From Laetmonice hystrix (lineage: Eukaryota): 64,000 bases of DNA. Location: assembly GCA_965235115.1 (NCBI GenBank), contig OZ249436.1, forward strand, positions 51,462,001 to 51,526,000. The letters run 5' to 3'. Each line of letters starts with the position of its first letter. Position 1 is the stretch's first letter. The notes beneath the pieces were generated by a model, which was not told the DNA's origin, made no database searches, and worked only from the letters and a program-made list of their open reading frames with translations. Below, in pieces: positions 14,332 to 26,420 of the stretch. The translations under genes were made by a program, and so were the position numbers.

Positions 14332-17300
14332 TTAGTCCTTGTGAAGTGTGGTCCAGGTGATTGGATACGACACGAGGTGATAGTAGTCCCAGCCGAACAG
14401 CGTCCTCTCCCTGGGGTTGTAGTTGAGCGAGTAGATATGGCCGAACTTGCTGAGGACCTGTAGATTTTCGTAGTTGTCTTTCTTGGTGCGTGTGTTGTAC
14501 ATGTATTGTTTGATATTACCGTCCTGTTCGACCCGGTTAGTACAGACGTCCAGGGTATACATCGTACCTGCAATCAGTAACCGTCAATCAGCGCTGCACG
14601 GTTGTACGGTTGTACGGTTGGAGCGAGGTTAGCATATTAAACCTTCCTCAGTGTGGGGAATATTATATTCCTCTCCCCCCCCCCCATATTTAATACAAGG
14701 AGAGGAATAAATGAAACATTACGACGGTACATATCCAGGTTCTCCTAAAATCAGTTACTCCCCCGAAAGATATATATCTGGCGTTCAAAATGCTCCCCCC
14801 CCCCCACACACACGCAATCCTTAAGGAACCCCTGACACCTATACGATTATTTGTCTCTGTATAGGATGATACGATAAGTTTACATGCAGGCCTAAAGACA
14901 TAGGCGTATCTTATTCCCCAAAAGGTCGATATTGAATGCATGTAATGTGAAAATTCTTACCGCATGCCATGAATACGGCACAGACGGAAGACTTGTATCT
15001 GGCAGTTTTGTAGGTCTCCTTAAAGGAAAGGTCATAGGGGTCGACCCTGTAGATGACCAGCCTGTTCTGGTTGTCGTCAGTGGACATGATCGCCCAGAGT
15101 CCATACTCGTCCACCTATAGATAAACCACATGGCCATCTGGACTTCACATTTAAACACAGAGGAGACATTTAACTTTAAGGTACGGTATTTCCGTATATA
15201 AGTGGAGGTCTATCTCGTTCTACCGTTCTATCCCCCTCCCCGTTTAAAAATTCCGGATCTGTTGCGGATACTGAAATAAACCCATTGGCAGAGTAGTTGT
15301 AGGTGATTGTTACGAATATAAACACTGATCTTTAAGTCCACATATGTGATTGTTACGAATATAAACACTGACCTTTAAGTCCACATATGTGATTGTTACG
15401 AATATGAACACTGACCTTTAAGTCCACATATGTGATTGTTACGAATATAAACACTGACCTTTAAGTCCATATATGTGATTGTTACGAATATAAACACTGA
15501 CCTTTAAGTCCACATATGTGATTGTTACGAATATGAACACTGACCTTTAAGTCCATACATGTGATTGTTACGGATATAAACACTGACCTTTAAGTCCACA
15601 TATGTGATTGTTACGAATATAAACACTGACCTTTAAATCCACATATGTGCTGAGGGTATTACCCAGATAATTCTCGGTTCGCCTTGTGATCTGTTTTTTG
15701 ACATAAGTGCCTTTTTGCAGTCCATATCTGAAATAAAACACGCATGTATGTGTGGATGGGACCGTGAGGTGGAGGGTTAAAAGGAAGACAAAATGGGATC
15801 ATGAATGGACAGAGAGGATGAGAAATATACGGACGAGGATAACAAGAGAATATTGACTCGTGGAGACCGACACACCGAATTCAATGACTGCAATGACCGA
15901 TATTATAAATGTGTAGATTATTGAAAGAATAATCATGATCATTTTAAAAGACGTTCTGGCTCCTCGATAGGTCAGAGCCGCCTAGAGTCAGAATGGTAAG
16001 TCCCGACCCCTTCCGTGTCCTTTCCTTTCCCTCTCTGGTTTTGTGTTACGTTAAACACAAACATTGTTACTGTGTAATCACCTATGTAGGCCTAAAGCCC
16101 TGAACCCACTATGCGATTTCTGCTTGCAAAACCAGTTGCAAGCCTTGCAACACCAATCGCAAGGCTTGCAATTGGTATTGCAAGCATCAGTCGCAAAGTG
16201 GGTTCCCTTGTTGCAAGCCTTGCAACTCAGACCTTGGTCGCAAGAATTGAGTTGCATGGCTTGCGATAATATCAAACATGTTTGATATTTCCCCCTCTTG
16301 TTGCAAGGCTTGCGACCAACGCCAGACACGTCGCGAGGCAATGACCAATCAGATGGCGAGCAATGACATCATGTGACCAAAATATGTACGTAGGCTTTCA
16401 GTTGCAAAGCCTGGGACGCTGATAGCAAGAATTGGTCGCAAAGTGGGTTCCGGTCCCTGAGTCTCAAGGCTTGCGACAGGCTCGTCGCAAGCCTTGCGAC
16501 GAGCTGCGTCACCATGCTTGCAACTGGTGTTGCAAGCAGAAATCGCATAGTGGGTTCAGGGCTTAAGTATCCACTAGGCCTACTCCAAGAATATTGCCTG
16601 GTCGTACAGGAAGTAACCAATACCGTCCATAATACGGCTCTGGTAAGGTGTCTGCTCACGTTAAACCTATAAACATTGTTACTGTGTAATCAAACATTGT
16701 TACTGTGTAATCAAACATTGTTACTGTGTAATCAAACATTGTTTACTGTGTAATGACCTATGTAAGTATCCACTATACTCCCAGAATATTGCCTGGTCGT
16801 ATAGGACGTAGCCGATACCGTCCATGACATAGCTCTGGTAAGGTGTCTGTCCTTTGTTATCTTGGAAGTCGGTGTAGTTGTTGTATCGGTAGAGAGTTTG
16901 GGCCGAGCCAGAGGCGTGGTCTCTCACGAAAATCTCCGTTCGGTTTAACTCGCTAACCGGCGCAGGATCCTTGAACCAGGAACCGTAGGCTGCCCCGTAC
17001 TTGTGTGTGACGGCTGAACCGATGGACGCCAGTTCATGTTTGTCACACCAGTCTGCGGAGCAAACGATAGTGATTAAAAGGTCATCAGTCTAGTATGGAG
17101 GCATTTCTTGGAAACCAATGGTGAAGGGTGTATGTGTACGTAAAGGCAATGAAGCCTCACGAACAGTGAATATAACTCGCCCAGCTTCATGTAGATAGAT
17201 TTCACGTCTGTAAGTGATAACTTACCGTCGTACCTGAAGTCGACAGGAAGATTATCCCCGTCAAAGGCGGTCCATTTCTGATTGCCCTCGAGGACATCAA

Positions 17301-19052
17301 CATGCTCGCGAAGGTTAGTCAGCTTTCACATGAACCAAGAAAAATCAAAAGTTGACGACATCGGCTGTTTGTGTACGTGCGTTGTTACCTGAGAAACTGG
17401 AACTGGTTCAAGTTTGTCTCTAGCGCCGAATTGACCAGAATCACAAGTCTTTTTTACATATGATCCATGATTCTTGAATTTCGTGAGACACTCCCTTTAA
17501 ATGGACACAGAAAAATAGTTTACATCTATAATTACCTCTTCGTCCTTCTTATCTTTGTCAGCGTATGGGTTTTTCTTCCACAACCCATCGGAATCTGTTT
17601 TCACTTGACCGAGATCGTCTTGTATCTTGTCCATTTCCTTCTGAGCGCCTCCCGTCTTGTTCAGTTTTTCCGCATCCGCTACCATATCATCGGTTATTCT
17701 CTGCAGATCTAAATAAAGGCATAGTCATTCGATCTAAATAAAGGCCCAGTCATTCGATCTAAATAAAGGCCCAGTCATTCGATCTAAATAAAGGCCCAGT
17801 CATTCGATCTTGTGCTTCCAAAAACCGATGCGTTCATCAGTTCCATCTTCAGCCTCATTGCCAAAGCAGGTCAGCTCGTTACTATTATTTTCTCACGAAA
17901 TTATGAAATTTTAGGATTTCGTTTTTTTTCTGCGACGCCCTGTATAAGAGGGGTACCAACCGAAGCTCCGAATTCCCACCCTGACAGCGTTCGCTGGTGA
18001 TTTCCTATACCTTAGTCTCATGTACAGGACTTACCCATGAGCTCCTGAAGTGTGTAGCTGATCGGCTGACCATCAACCACCCTCTCCAGATTTGTGATAC
18101 GTGCCGAGACGTTGACGACCTGCTTGTACAAGAACTTGGCTGAGGAGCCGTCGATGGATAATTGCAGGTCTTTGGTGTCATTCTTCACGTTCTCCAGGTG
18201 AACGAAGTCTCGGTATATCGACCAGTCTGATGTAATACCGCACTCACATTGAGGGTCTGCCACACACACTCCAGGCTGGGAGACAAAACAGGCCAAGTCA
18301 ATGTGTAATAGTCACAGACAGTAACCTCACATCACTCACATTGAGGGTCTGCCACACACACACCAGGCTGGGAGACAAAACAGGCCAAGTCAATGTGTAA
18401 TAGTCACAGACAGTAACCTCACATCACTCACATTGAGGGTCTGCCACACACACTCCAGGCTGGGAGACAAAACAGGCCAAGTCAATGTGTAATAGTCACA
18501 GACAGTAACCTCACATCACTCACATTGAGGGTCTGCCACACACACTCCAGGCTGGGAGACAAAACAGGCCAAGCCAATGTGTAATAGTCACAGACAGTAA
18601 CCTCACATCACTCACATTGAGGGTCTGCCACACACACTCCAGGCTGGGAGACAAAACAAGCCAAGCCAATGTGTAATAGCCAAAGACTCTAAGAACCTAA
18701 AGCTCCTTACTATTACTAATTATGCAATTCATTATTGTTCATGACTAATTTTGTGAATTAGCAAGAGATACCACTGTCCCTGGAAGAGAAGTGTCATGTA
18801 AAAGCTAACTAGTCTTAACAATCTAATGTTCCCGTTTATCTAACAATTATGGGAGCCTTTTGTTTCTTCATATATGATTTGGAAAGACCCAGCAAAAACT
18901 GAATGCTTAGATGTAGACCAGCAGAACACTTCCATTAAAACTAGCCCGTATTGTTATACAGAGAATAGTGGACATACCGTGGTTGTAGTGGCCACATTAA
19001 CCCCGAGGTGACTAGCCACTAAAGTGACCACAACCAGGGTTAAAACGGCCAT
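14332..19052 (-). CDS. Secreted coiled-coil + olfactomedin-domain protein, array copy 1 (divergent); exons 19052-18978, 18275-18035, 17708-17536, 17322-17226, 17052-16758, 15727-15631, 15114-14961, 14567-14332 (~455 aa)
   Basis: Signal peptide MAVLTLVVVTLVASHLG, CECG N-terminal Cys motif, heptad-rich exons 2-4, and olfactomedin motifs GSWFKDP, G-x-G-x-VLY, VDEYGLWAI, FMACGTMYTL, SLNYNPRERTLFGWD. Exon sizes (241/97/97/154/236) and phases match copy 2. Confidence 0.88.
15303..15648. repeat. 43-bp minisatellite x8 containing the exon-6 splice donor of olfactomedin copy 1
   Basis: Unit gtgattgttacgaatataaacactgacctttaagtccacatat. On the minus strand units read ...GAC TTA AAG|GTCAGT (the distal unit has lost the GT). 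Confidence 0.92.
16028..16654 (-). pseudogene. Degenerate partial duplicate of the 3' end of exon 5 plus donor of olfactomedin copy 1, split by a MITE
   Basis: 16564-16654 matches 16763-16849, and 16028-16090 matches the adjoining intron and donor. Carries two GGCCTA-type insertions. Confidence 0.8.
16096..16563. mobile_element. PIF/Harbinger-type MITE (468 bp, TAA TSD)
   Basis: TIRs agccctgaacccactatgcgatttctgcttgcaa / ttgcaagcagaaatcgcatagtgggttcagggct, with TAA on both sides (16093-16095, 16564-16566). Internal ttgcaa/ttgcga repeats. Confidence 0.88.
16671..16755. repeat. 21-bp repeat x4 abutting the exon-5 donor of olfactomedin copy 1
   Basis: aaacattgttactgtgtaatc x4. Confidence 0.9.
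17706..17810. repeat. 25-bp repeat x4 containing the exon-3 acceptor of olfactomedin copy 1
   Basis: gatctaaataaaggcccagtcattc x4. The minus strand reads ctttatttag|atc in each unit. Confidence 0.9.
18241..18679. repeat. 92-bp tandem repeat x~5 containing the exon-2 acceptor and first 35 coding nt of olfactomedin copy 1
   Basis: Units start at 18241, 18333, 18425, 18517 and 18609. The minus strand reads tgttttgtctcccag|CCTGGAGTGTGTGTGGCAGACCCTCAATGTGAGTG. Confidence 0.93.
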
Positions 19053-21558
19053 CGCTGAGATGAGATGGATGGATTTGATCCCGCAGTATGACCTGAGGCA
19101 GACATAAGAACCAGAGTCACCATACAAATATAACCGCTTGTGTGTGGGTTCCTGGCTTCCCTTATAGTGCGACTGGTCGACTGACCATTCGCAAACGGCT
19201 GGAATCAGCCGTGATCGCCGAGAACCGAAAAACTTTATTTGGCATTTTAGGACTAGAAAAGTCGTTATATCTCTAGTGACCATTAGTCGCTCTGCAAGAG
19301 TAAGCTATAACTCTTTCATACCTGAAGCATTAAAGTAGAATGCGCAATGATCATAAAAGTAGAATTTTCATATCATCTGATGGTTGGACAAAGACCCCCC
19401 CCCCCCCGAACATATAACTTAACACCTGAATCCTTCCCGACATATAATGTAGTACTGTCAGGGTACCTCAGAGAATATGACTTACCTCACCCAGATGCCC
19501 GAGACTCTCTGATGACGTGACTTGCCAGACCGAGGTCGACGTGCCAGCAAGATTTGAGATGGAAATCTATCCCCGTCGTTTCAGCCACTTCAACCACGAC
19601 AATGCCACTATTTTCTCAGTTTATGTTTTTAAGAGGTGATCGAGCCTATCTCGGATTACAGCCGCTCATCGTCTCCCATTGGACAGACATCGAAGATAAT
19701 CACACGCTATTCAGACAAACATGCAAATAAACACTAACCAAAGCCTTTGAAGTTTTCTTAACCACAAAGAGTAGGAGCCAACGCAAACATAGCGATAAGA
19801 AGAACAATGCAAGCGACTCGCGTCCGTCAACTCGAGTAGTATGAATAGGTCCGAGTAGGCACTTGGCGATAATATGACGTTTGAAGGGGCATGGCAAATC
19901 AATGAAAAAGAGAAGAAAGCTCCAAGTGTAAGTACAAATCAATAAGAACACTGCATATACTCTGTAAATACGTGACTAGTTTAATCTACAGTGACAGGAA
20001 GAATAAATATAACATATCAATATTTTTTCACACTGGCTCTGATCGAATAAAAACGGGGACCACGGGGTTACTCTTTTTAATCCACATTCTTTGCAGGTGG
20101 CAGCTTATACCGAAGAGAATGAGAAGTCACAGAGTTGGTGATGATGTTACAGGTTAATGACATTTTCTCATCAATGTAACAAATAGAGCTTTTCCTAATT
20201 AAAAATAAATACGTAACGGTATAAGAACTTGTCATCAAAACAACTTTATAACTATCAACAATCGAAGGGCCAGAGTTTTCTTGACGTGAAAAGACCTGTT
20301 TGGATTTCAAAGCTGCCGTCAAGCATGAAGATAATACTTCTGAATGTTTTTATTGGCCAACGAACTTCTTCCTCGTGGGGACATCTTGTAAACTACTAAG
20401 ATAAGGATGTCCTTTCAAAATAACCCTGATCGATCGACTTGCAAAGGTTCTCTCAACAATTTCTGCCAATTTATCTGTCTATATTTTGACGTGGCAGTTT
20501 AAGAACGGGGTTTGATGGTAAATGTAAAATAATTGCTGATACATTTTCGGTTTGATGGTTAAAAAGACGAATACGAAATTCTGAATGCTGAAAAATTATT
20601 CCATTATTACAAACAAAATGTGCATATTATATTTATTTTATTCAACTATTAATTTCATTTTCGCATTTATGTTTTTTCTTCATGAGCACATTTTCTTCGC
20701 TATGACTAATCAAACTATTTTCCCCATTTCGACTATACTATTTAAATATGGAACAAACTATTTTGTGTTTGATGAACATACTATTAAAAAAACAACAACA
20801 TATTCCCCCCATGTATGGTCCGCCCTTTACCTAGCTCGGAAACATTCCTGTATCAAGCATTCTGAATGTTGAATTATTTACTTGTTTCCAGCAACTAAAA
20901 CTTCCAGGGTGACGGTAACACGATCTTAGCCACGAACACAAGTTCATTAGAAAGATAGGCAAAAGAATTCGAAAGCAGTACTGTCAAGTACTTAAATTTT
21001 AAAAATAGTCGAGAAAGAAGACCTACAAACTTGGTAAAAACTCATACGAATTTCATACCATTAAAGAATCTGTACCACAAAAGAAATTTGCTTCAGTGTG
21101 AATGACTCTTTAGGCTCCTCGGTAAATTTTCATTTTAAATGAAATGTAATCTTGTGTCATTAAAAAGTCCAAATAATCTACAGCTTCTCTTCCTTATGTA
21201 ATGACCCTAGTGTGTCAAGGCGTGGGTCCCAGAGACAACCTCTTTCTGTTGAATCTACAGCTATCGAGGACAGGTGAAAAGTTAATTGTGACAGTTTGAT
21301 AATATTGTCAAAAGAATTGGAGCATGTACACACGTATGTTGAAAGAATATATGAAAAATGGAAGTTAAAAGCAGTGATACAAAAACAACGGAGAAGGGTA
21401 AAATGTGAGATGACAAATATTTTATTGGGTACTCACAGAGGTAAGCACTACGTAAAAATTTCCAAAATAAAAAATGTCAGTGTCCTTTTTCGAACGCGAT
21501 ACATTATTTTCATTTTAACCTTTAATTGCGGATAAGAAATAATGCGTTTAAAGTTACG

Positions 21559-22040
21559 TGTAGCACCCTAAAATGTAAAAATTCCGCTAAATGTAAAAAC
21601 GCCGTCTTATGTAACAAATATTTACGACAAATGTAAAAACGTACGTCAAATGTGACCAAATTCTACCCCATTTATAAAAACTACCTTGTGTCACGTTAAA
21701 AAAATTGCGCTAAATCTAAATCTAAATTTTCGTTAACTACCTTACGTCAGATGTGAAAAAAAATTGCGCTAAATCTAAATATAATTTAAGAAAGGTAGTT
21801 TGTACGAATGCGGTAGATTTTCGTCACATTTGACATATGTTTTCACATTTTGTCGTAAATATGTGTTACGTATTACGGAAGCCTGTTAGTGCCATAGTGT
21901 CGATATATTGGCAGCCGCAACATAATTATCTAGCGGCCGCAACATAATTATCTGGCGGCAATTATCTGGCGGCCGCCACATAATTAGGTGGTAGCCGTTT
22001 TTACATATGGGGTAGAATCTTTACGTTTGAGGTTGATACA
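21559..22040. mobile_element. TGT...ACA-ended MITE-like insertion with aaatgtaaaa repeats, containing an IS3EU-like terminal fragment (21874-21987)
   Basis: Absent from the equivalent 3' flank of copies 3-5. Ends are tgtagcaccct / aggttgataca. Internal tacggaagcc is followed by gcggccgcaacataattatct repeats. No clean TSD. Confidence 0.45.
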
Positions 22041-22158
22041 GTGGTGTCATTTTCCTTTTCATATTTCAATAAAACAGCCAAAATATTTATGCGAGCGTCT
22101 GTCCTTTCAATGGTGTTACATGTTCATCCAATGGCCCTCAATAACATCTCCGTGTCGA

Positions 22159-22454
22159 TCAAGCCTTGGATTTGGTGGTCCAGGCCAGCGGGTAAGTGAC
22201 GAGGTGCCCATTGTCCCAGCCGAACAGGGTCCGCTCCCGCGGGTTGTAGTTGAGTGAAGATATCAGACCAAACTTGCTTGTTACAGGCATACTCAAAAAG
22301 GTGTCGTCTTTGGTGCGTGTGTCGTAGACGTACTGGGCCAGGGGCATGCTGGGCTTGAGTCGGTCTCCGCATGCCTCGAGGGTGTACATCTTCCCTGTGT
22401 GAGCACGCGACAGACAGACACAATTTAATGGACTAAAAGTATATTTAAATAAGC

Positions 22455-22503
<49 letters not shown>

Positions 22504-25500
22504 CCTTTCTCTCTATCTATCTTTATCTGTCCCGCCCTCTCTCGCTCGCTCTCTCTCTCTCTCTAGTTCTCTCTCTATCTCTATAACTTACCACACACCA
22601 TGAAGACTGCACACACAGTATTTTTGTGTCGGTTGGTCCGGAAACTCTCCGTGAAGGTCAAGTCTTTAGGATTCACTTTGAATATGACCAGCTTGTTACC
22701 ATTGTCTGAAGTCGCCATGATGGTCCACAGTCCATACTCGTCAACCTGTCATTGGTTTACTTCGTTCAAATTGAGTCAAAGCTCTGCCTGTTATGCACAT
22801 CCTACAGTAACTGTTGAAGCCAAATATTATACGAAGTAGGCCTAGTTTCGCATTAATATAAAGTGCTAAGATACCGTATTAGGTTGGTTTTCATTTAAAG
22901 AAAATACTGAGTAGGGTGAACGAGGCCAACATGAGAAGGGGGATTTTTCTATCCTTTTACACAAACCAGAATTTAGAAGCGATCTGACGGTATTTGTCAC
23001 GATGTTTAAACACTGAGACACGAATTATGCAAGGCCCTCCTAATATTAGCCTACAATGTAAATTCTTCAATACAGTTTAGGCCTATTACCTTGAAATCGA
23101 CGTATGTAGCAACATTCTGGCGGAGATAATCAATGTCAGACTTAGACACTACCCTACTCTGCCGTGTGTTCAGCTTTAAGTCGTGCCTGTAAAATTAGCG
23201 TTGGTAAATACCCGTAGGTAAATTAATGCATTCAATCATGTTATTGGAAATAGTTTCGTCGTTAACCGAGGGAAACATATGCATTATTTTGTTGATGGAA
23301 TACTCGTAATATATAATAGTACTAATTTGGGGCAATCAACCGATCCTTCCGTCAATTATAAGTGAAGGACGGCGTTATTGTATTGCAATAATACTGTACT
23401 ACTGTAGTTCAATTGCTGTAGAAAATAAATTATAAATTTAGAACATGACAATTCCACTGGTGGATATGGAATTTGTAATGTACAACCTAAAACATACTTA
23501 TATATATAATTTCCGTGGGACCAGTACCAGGAGTGGTAATAGAGGATGTCACCAACCCCAGTGGTGTGCTCGTTGTCAACGTTTGCAGCAACCTTGTTTG
23601 CTATGAAATCGGAGTAGTTCTTGTATTTTACGAGGTACTCATCATATTTATATCCTGCATCATAGTACTGGCGGGCGAAGATCTCCTGGCGGTTTTCGTC
23701 GGACTCAGGTATAGGATCTTTGTACCAGGAGCCATAAGGCACATTCCACCATCTGTGTGCGACAGGTGAGCCGACAGAGGCCAGGTCGTGGGTATCACAC
23801 CAATCTGTCAACGTCACAATCACAATCATACTCACAATAACCAATGCTATTCATTCATAACTATTCTCAATAAAGACTATTATATAATGAGCCTGGAAGA
23901 GTCTTTTTAGCTCCCCACCCGAAGAGGCGGGGGATTCAAATTCGCCCTCCGTCCACGGGTGTGTCCGTCCATCCGTCCGGAGACAGCGATTTCTCAGAGG
24001 AGTACGTCAAATTGTATGAAACTTTACGCAACAATCAGGGACATTGAATTGATTTTTTTATATCATTTACAATTGCCGGCCAGCAGCAATCTTGGGTGAG
24101 CAGTAATTAGGACAAAACTATTCCGATTTCTTTCAAAAAGAAGCATATATTATGAAGGGCAACGTATATCCTATATATCAATGTATCCATAGTTTAGAAC
24201 GAATGTTGCGACATGGTGGCCATATTTAGTTTTTCACCCCCAAAATAACACTGCCTTAGCTCATATCTCGAAAATGGTGCAAGATAACGCAAAAATTACT
24301 CTTATTGACAGATGGGAAGTCATATGTGAAGTTTCCTTTGGTGTTATTTTCCATGTGACTCTGACGGGGTCTTGCTTTAAAAAAAAGCAGCGGTACCATT
24401 TAATATGAAATTACAGAAGTCTGGGTTTACCTGCATAGGAAAAGTTGAGTGGAAGTGTGTCTCCTTTGAAAGCGGACCACGTCAGATTTGCCTGACAGTT
24501 GGTAAGGCGGTTACGCAATGCTTCCAACTAAAAAACATTGGCGAGAGATGCACATAAATATCTCAAATCCAAAATCCCCTGCGGTTTTTACTTTTAGTGT
24601 GCAGGTAAAAGTCCTACTCGACACATAGACTTATTAATATTGCCTCCCTCTTCCAGTGTATCCAGAGCAGCCAACTTGCCTCCCGTTGCATTGCCTTGCC
24701 CTCGCCATACGGGTTACGGTTCCAGAGGTCGTCAATGACGTCCACGAGCTGGTTGATCTCAGCCTTCAGTTCCTTCAGCTTGTCGCTATTGCCGGATTTC
24801 TGTACCTCGCCGACCAGCGTCACCAGGATGTCGGCACTCTTCCTCAGGCCTGCAAATCAACACAGCGCACCGTCAGCATTTCTTTAGTCCATCGCACATT
24901 TTAAAGTCATTGACCCCCTAGCAAGCGTAGGCCCAGTGTTACTTTTTGCCATTTCAAACAGGTTTTAGGTTTTGGAAAGAAGGGAGAGCTTACAATGTTC
25001 TGATATAAAGCTAGGTCTCTGGCAGTGTACACGTGATTTCAAACAGTCTTTTCAATTGGTCATGATCATTTTAGGGTCCCCTGAAAAGACATTAACATGT
25101 ATCTAAGGGGCTGAGCCCCCTGGCCTTCATGACGTTCATAGTGCGTCGAACAACAGCTCAGGGAGAGTTGGTTGAACTGTTTATGAAGTGAGAACTCACT
25201 GATCAACTCCCGCATGGAGACACTGATAGACTCGGAGTCTACCCGCTGTACCAGGGCCTTCATACGTTCTGTGATGTTACGCATGTCCTCCATCAGCTGT
25301 GGCACGTCCAACGCTTCCATGGCAGTTCCCATGTCAGATACCTGTTCCCGGACTACCTGCAGCTCCAGGTACTCCTGGTACTTGGTCCAAGTCCCGTTAA
25401 TGACACACTCACATTTTCCATTCCGTCGGCAACCTGACGCCTAGAAGTTTATCCAGGGCAACAATATAGAAGGCCCAATAAGCTTTCCGAAATGAATTTG

Positions 25501-25880
25501 AAATGGATTTATTTCTGTTCGTGCATCATCTTGCCCCTGGTCTTAAAATCGTAATCGCATGCTAGGGGTCCAGGCAGATGTTTCATGTTTGTAATATTTC
25601 TCTGTTGTGTCCCTTTTAAAACAATTAGGCCTATTGCTGTTAACTCTATTAGGCCTATTGCTGTTAACTCTAGATCCGGCTCTGGACGATAGGCTTACTA
25701 CAATGATCATTCATACCTTATTAATTCTATGCAGGCTAGGCTACACGACTTTAAAGGGCAAATCTTGCCAAAAACTAATATTGTTCCACCTACCTCGATA
25801 CTCGGGTCTACATAAGTATACCCGGCTGCCCATGCTGCACTGAACAGTGCAAACAGGAGAACTCCAACCGTAGAATGCAT
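22159..25880 (-). CDS. Secreted olfactomedin-domain protein, array copy 2; exons 25880-25794, 25440-25200, 24849-24680, 24527-24431, 23804-23498, 23186-23090, 22745-22592, 22394-22159 (~462 aa)
   Basis: Signal peptide MHSTVGVLLFALFSAAWA, GCRRNGKCECVING, coiled coil, GSWYKDP, VDEYGLW, FMVCGKMYTL, SLNYNPRERTLFGWDNGHLVTY. Phases are consistent if intron 3 uses a GC donor. Confidence 0.9.
23903..24373. mobile_element. Helentron/DINE-1-like element in intron 4 (homologues at ~29184-29665, ~34613-34846, ~63771-64000)
   Basis: Starts in a T-run (tttttagctcccc...ggcggggattc), has a (GTCC)n tract, and ends in a short hairpin (tgactctgacggggtctt) near a T-run. This matches the DINE-1/HINE layout. Confidence 0.55.
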
Positions 25881-26161
25881 TCTCTCCTTCCTGCATGCAT
25901 GAACAGCGTGAAGAGCAGTCTAAGTTTATCCCTCCATACTGTTATACCCATTATTACAGCCCGTAATCTAAATTTTCAAATAAACTGGTTTAATTTAAAC
26001 TTAAGCCGGGACTCCTAGTCATAAAAATGCATCAAATTACATGTAGACCCTGTGTTTTACATATTGTAAAGGTGAGTCTTGTTATAAAGTAAGGCCTAAT
26101 GTAGCTTACTTTACAGAAAGAAAAATATAACTAAAACAGATGGGCCAGCACTCGCGCCTAC

Positions 26162-26420
26162 CGTGAGAGATCGCCGAACCCTTGTAGATGACCAGCCGAG
26201 CTAGGGCGCGTCCTCCTTACTGTGTGCTCAGTGGTCCGACTGGCACCAAGATACCGAACAAGGCTAGGGACCAGCCGCCCTGACGTGTGGGTCAGATGAG
26301 GGAGGGCGGGGCGGAGGGACGGAGGTAGCAGGTCCTTGGAGCACGAAATCGCTCTGTTAACTTTATCAGATAGGCTGGTGTCCGTCAAGGGTCGTTAAGT
26401 GTTAAAACATTTGGTTTCTT
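26162..26420 (-). promoter_or_regulatory. Probable non-coding first exon and promoter of olfactomedin copy 2 (homologues ~31497-31750 for copy 3, ~60298-60560 for copy 4)
   Basis: GC-rich block conserved in three units, ending in a conserved donor CACG|GTAGG. A conserved acceptor catgcag| lies ~10 nt before the ATG. GATA-type motifs (ctgataaag, tgataag) are present on the minus strand. Confidence 0.55.

Noticed and set aside
15303..15648. CRISPR-like regular repeats (also 18241-18679 and 50165-51025)
   Set aside because: The units are contiguous with no unique spacers, there are no cas genes, and the context is eukaryotic.
16078..16341. Cys-rich ORF resembling a metallothionein or toxin
   Set aside because: It lies within a TAA-flanked MITE; the Cys codons come from ttgcaa/ttgcga repeats.
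26158..26388. Conserved short ORFs upstream of each olfactomedin copy (also 31440-31679, 60247-60480)
   Set aside because: Frames and ends are not conserved between copies; better explained as promoter plus non-coding exon.
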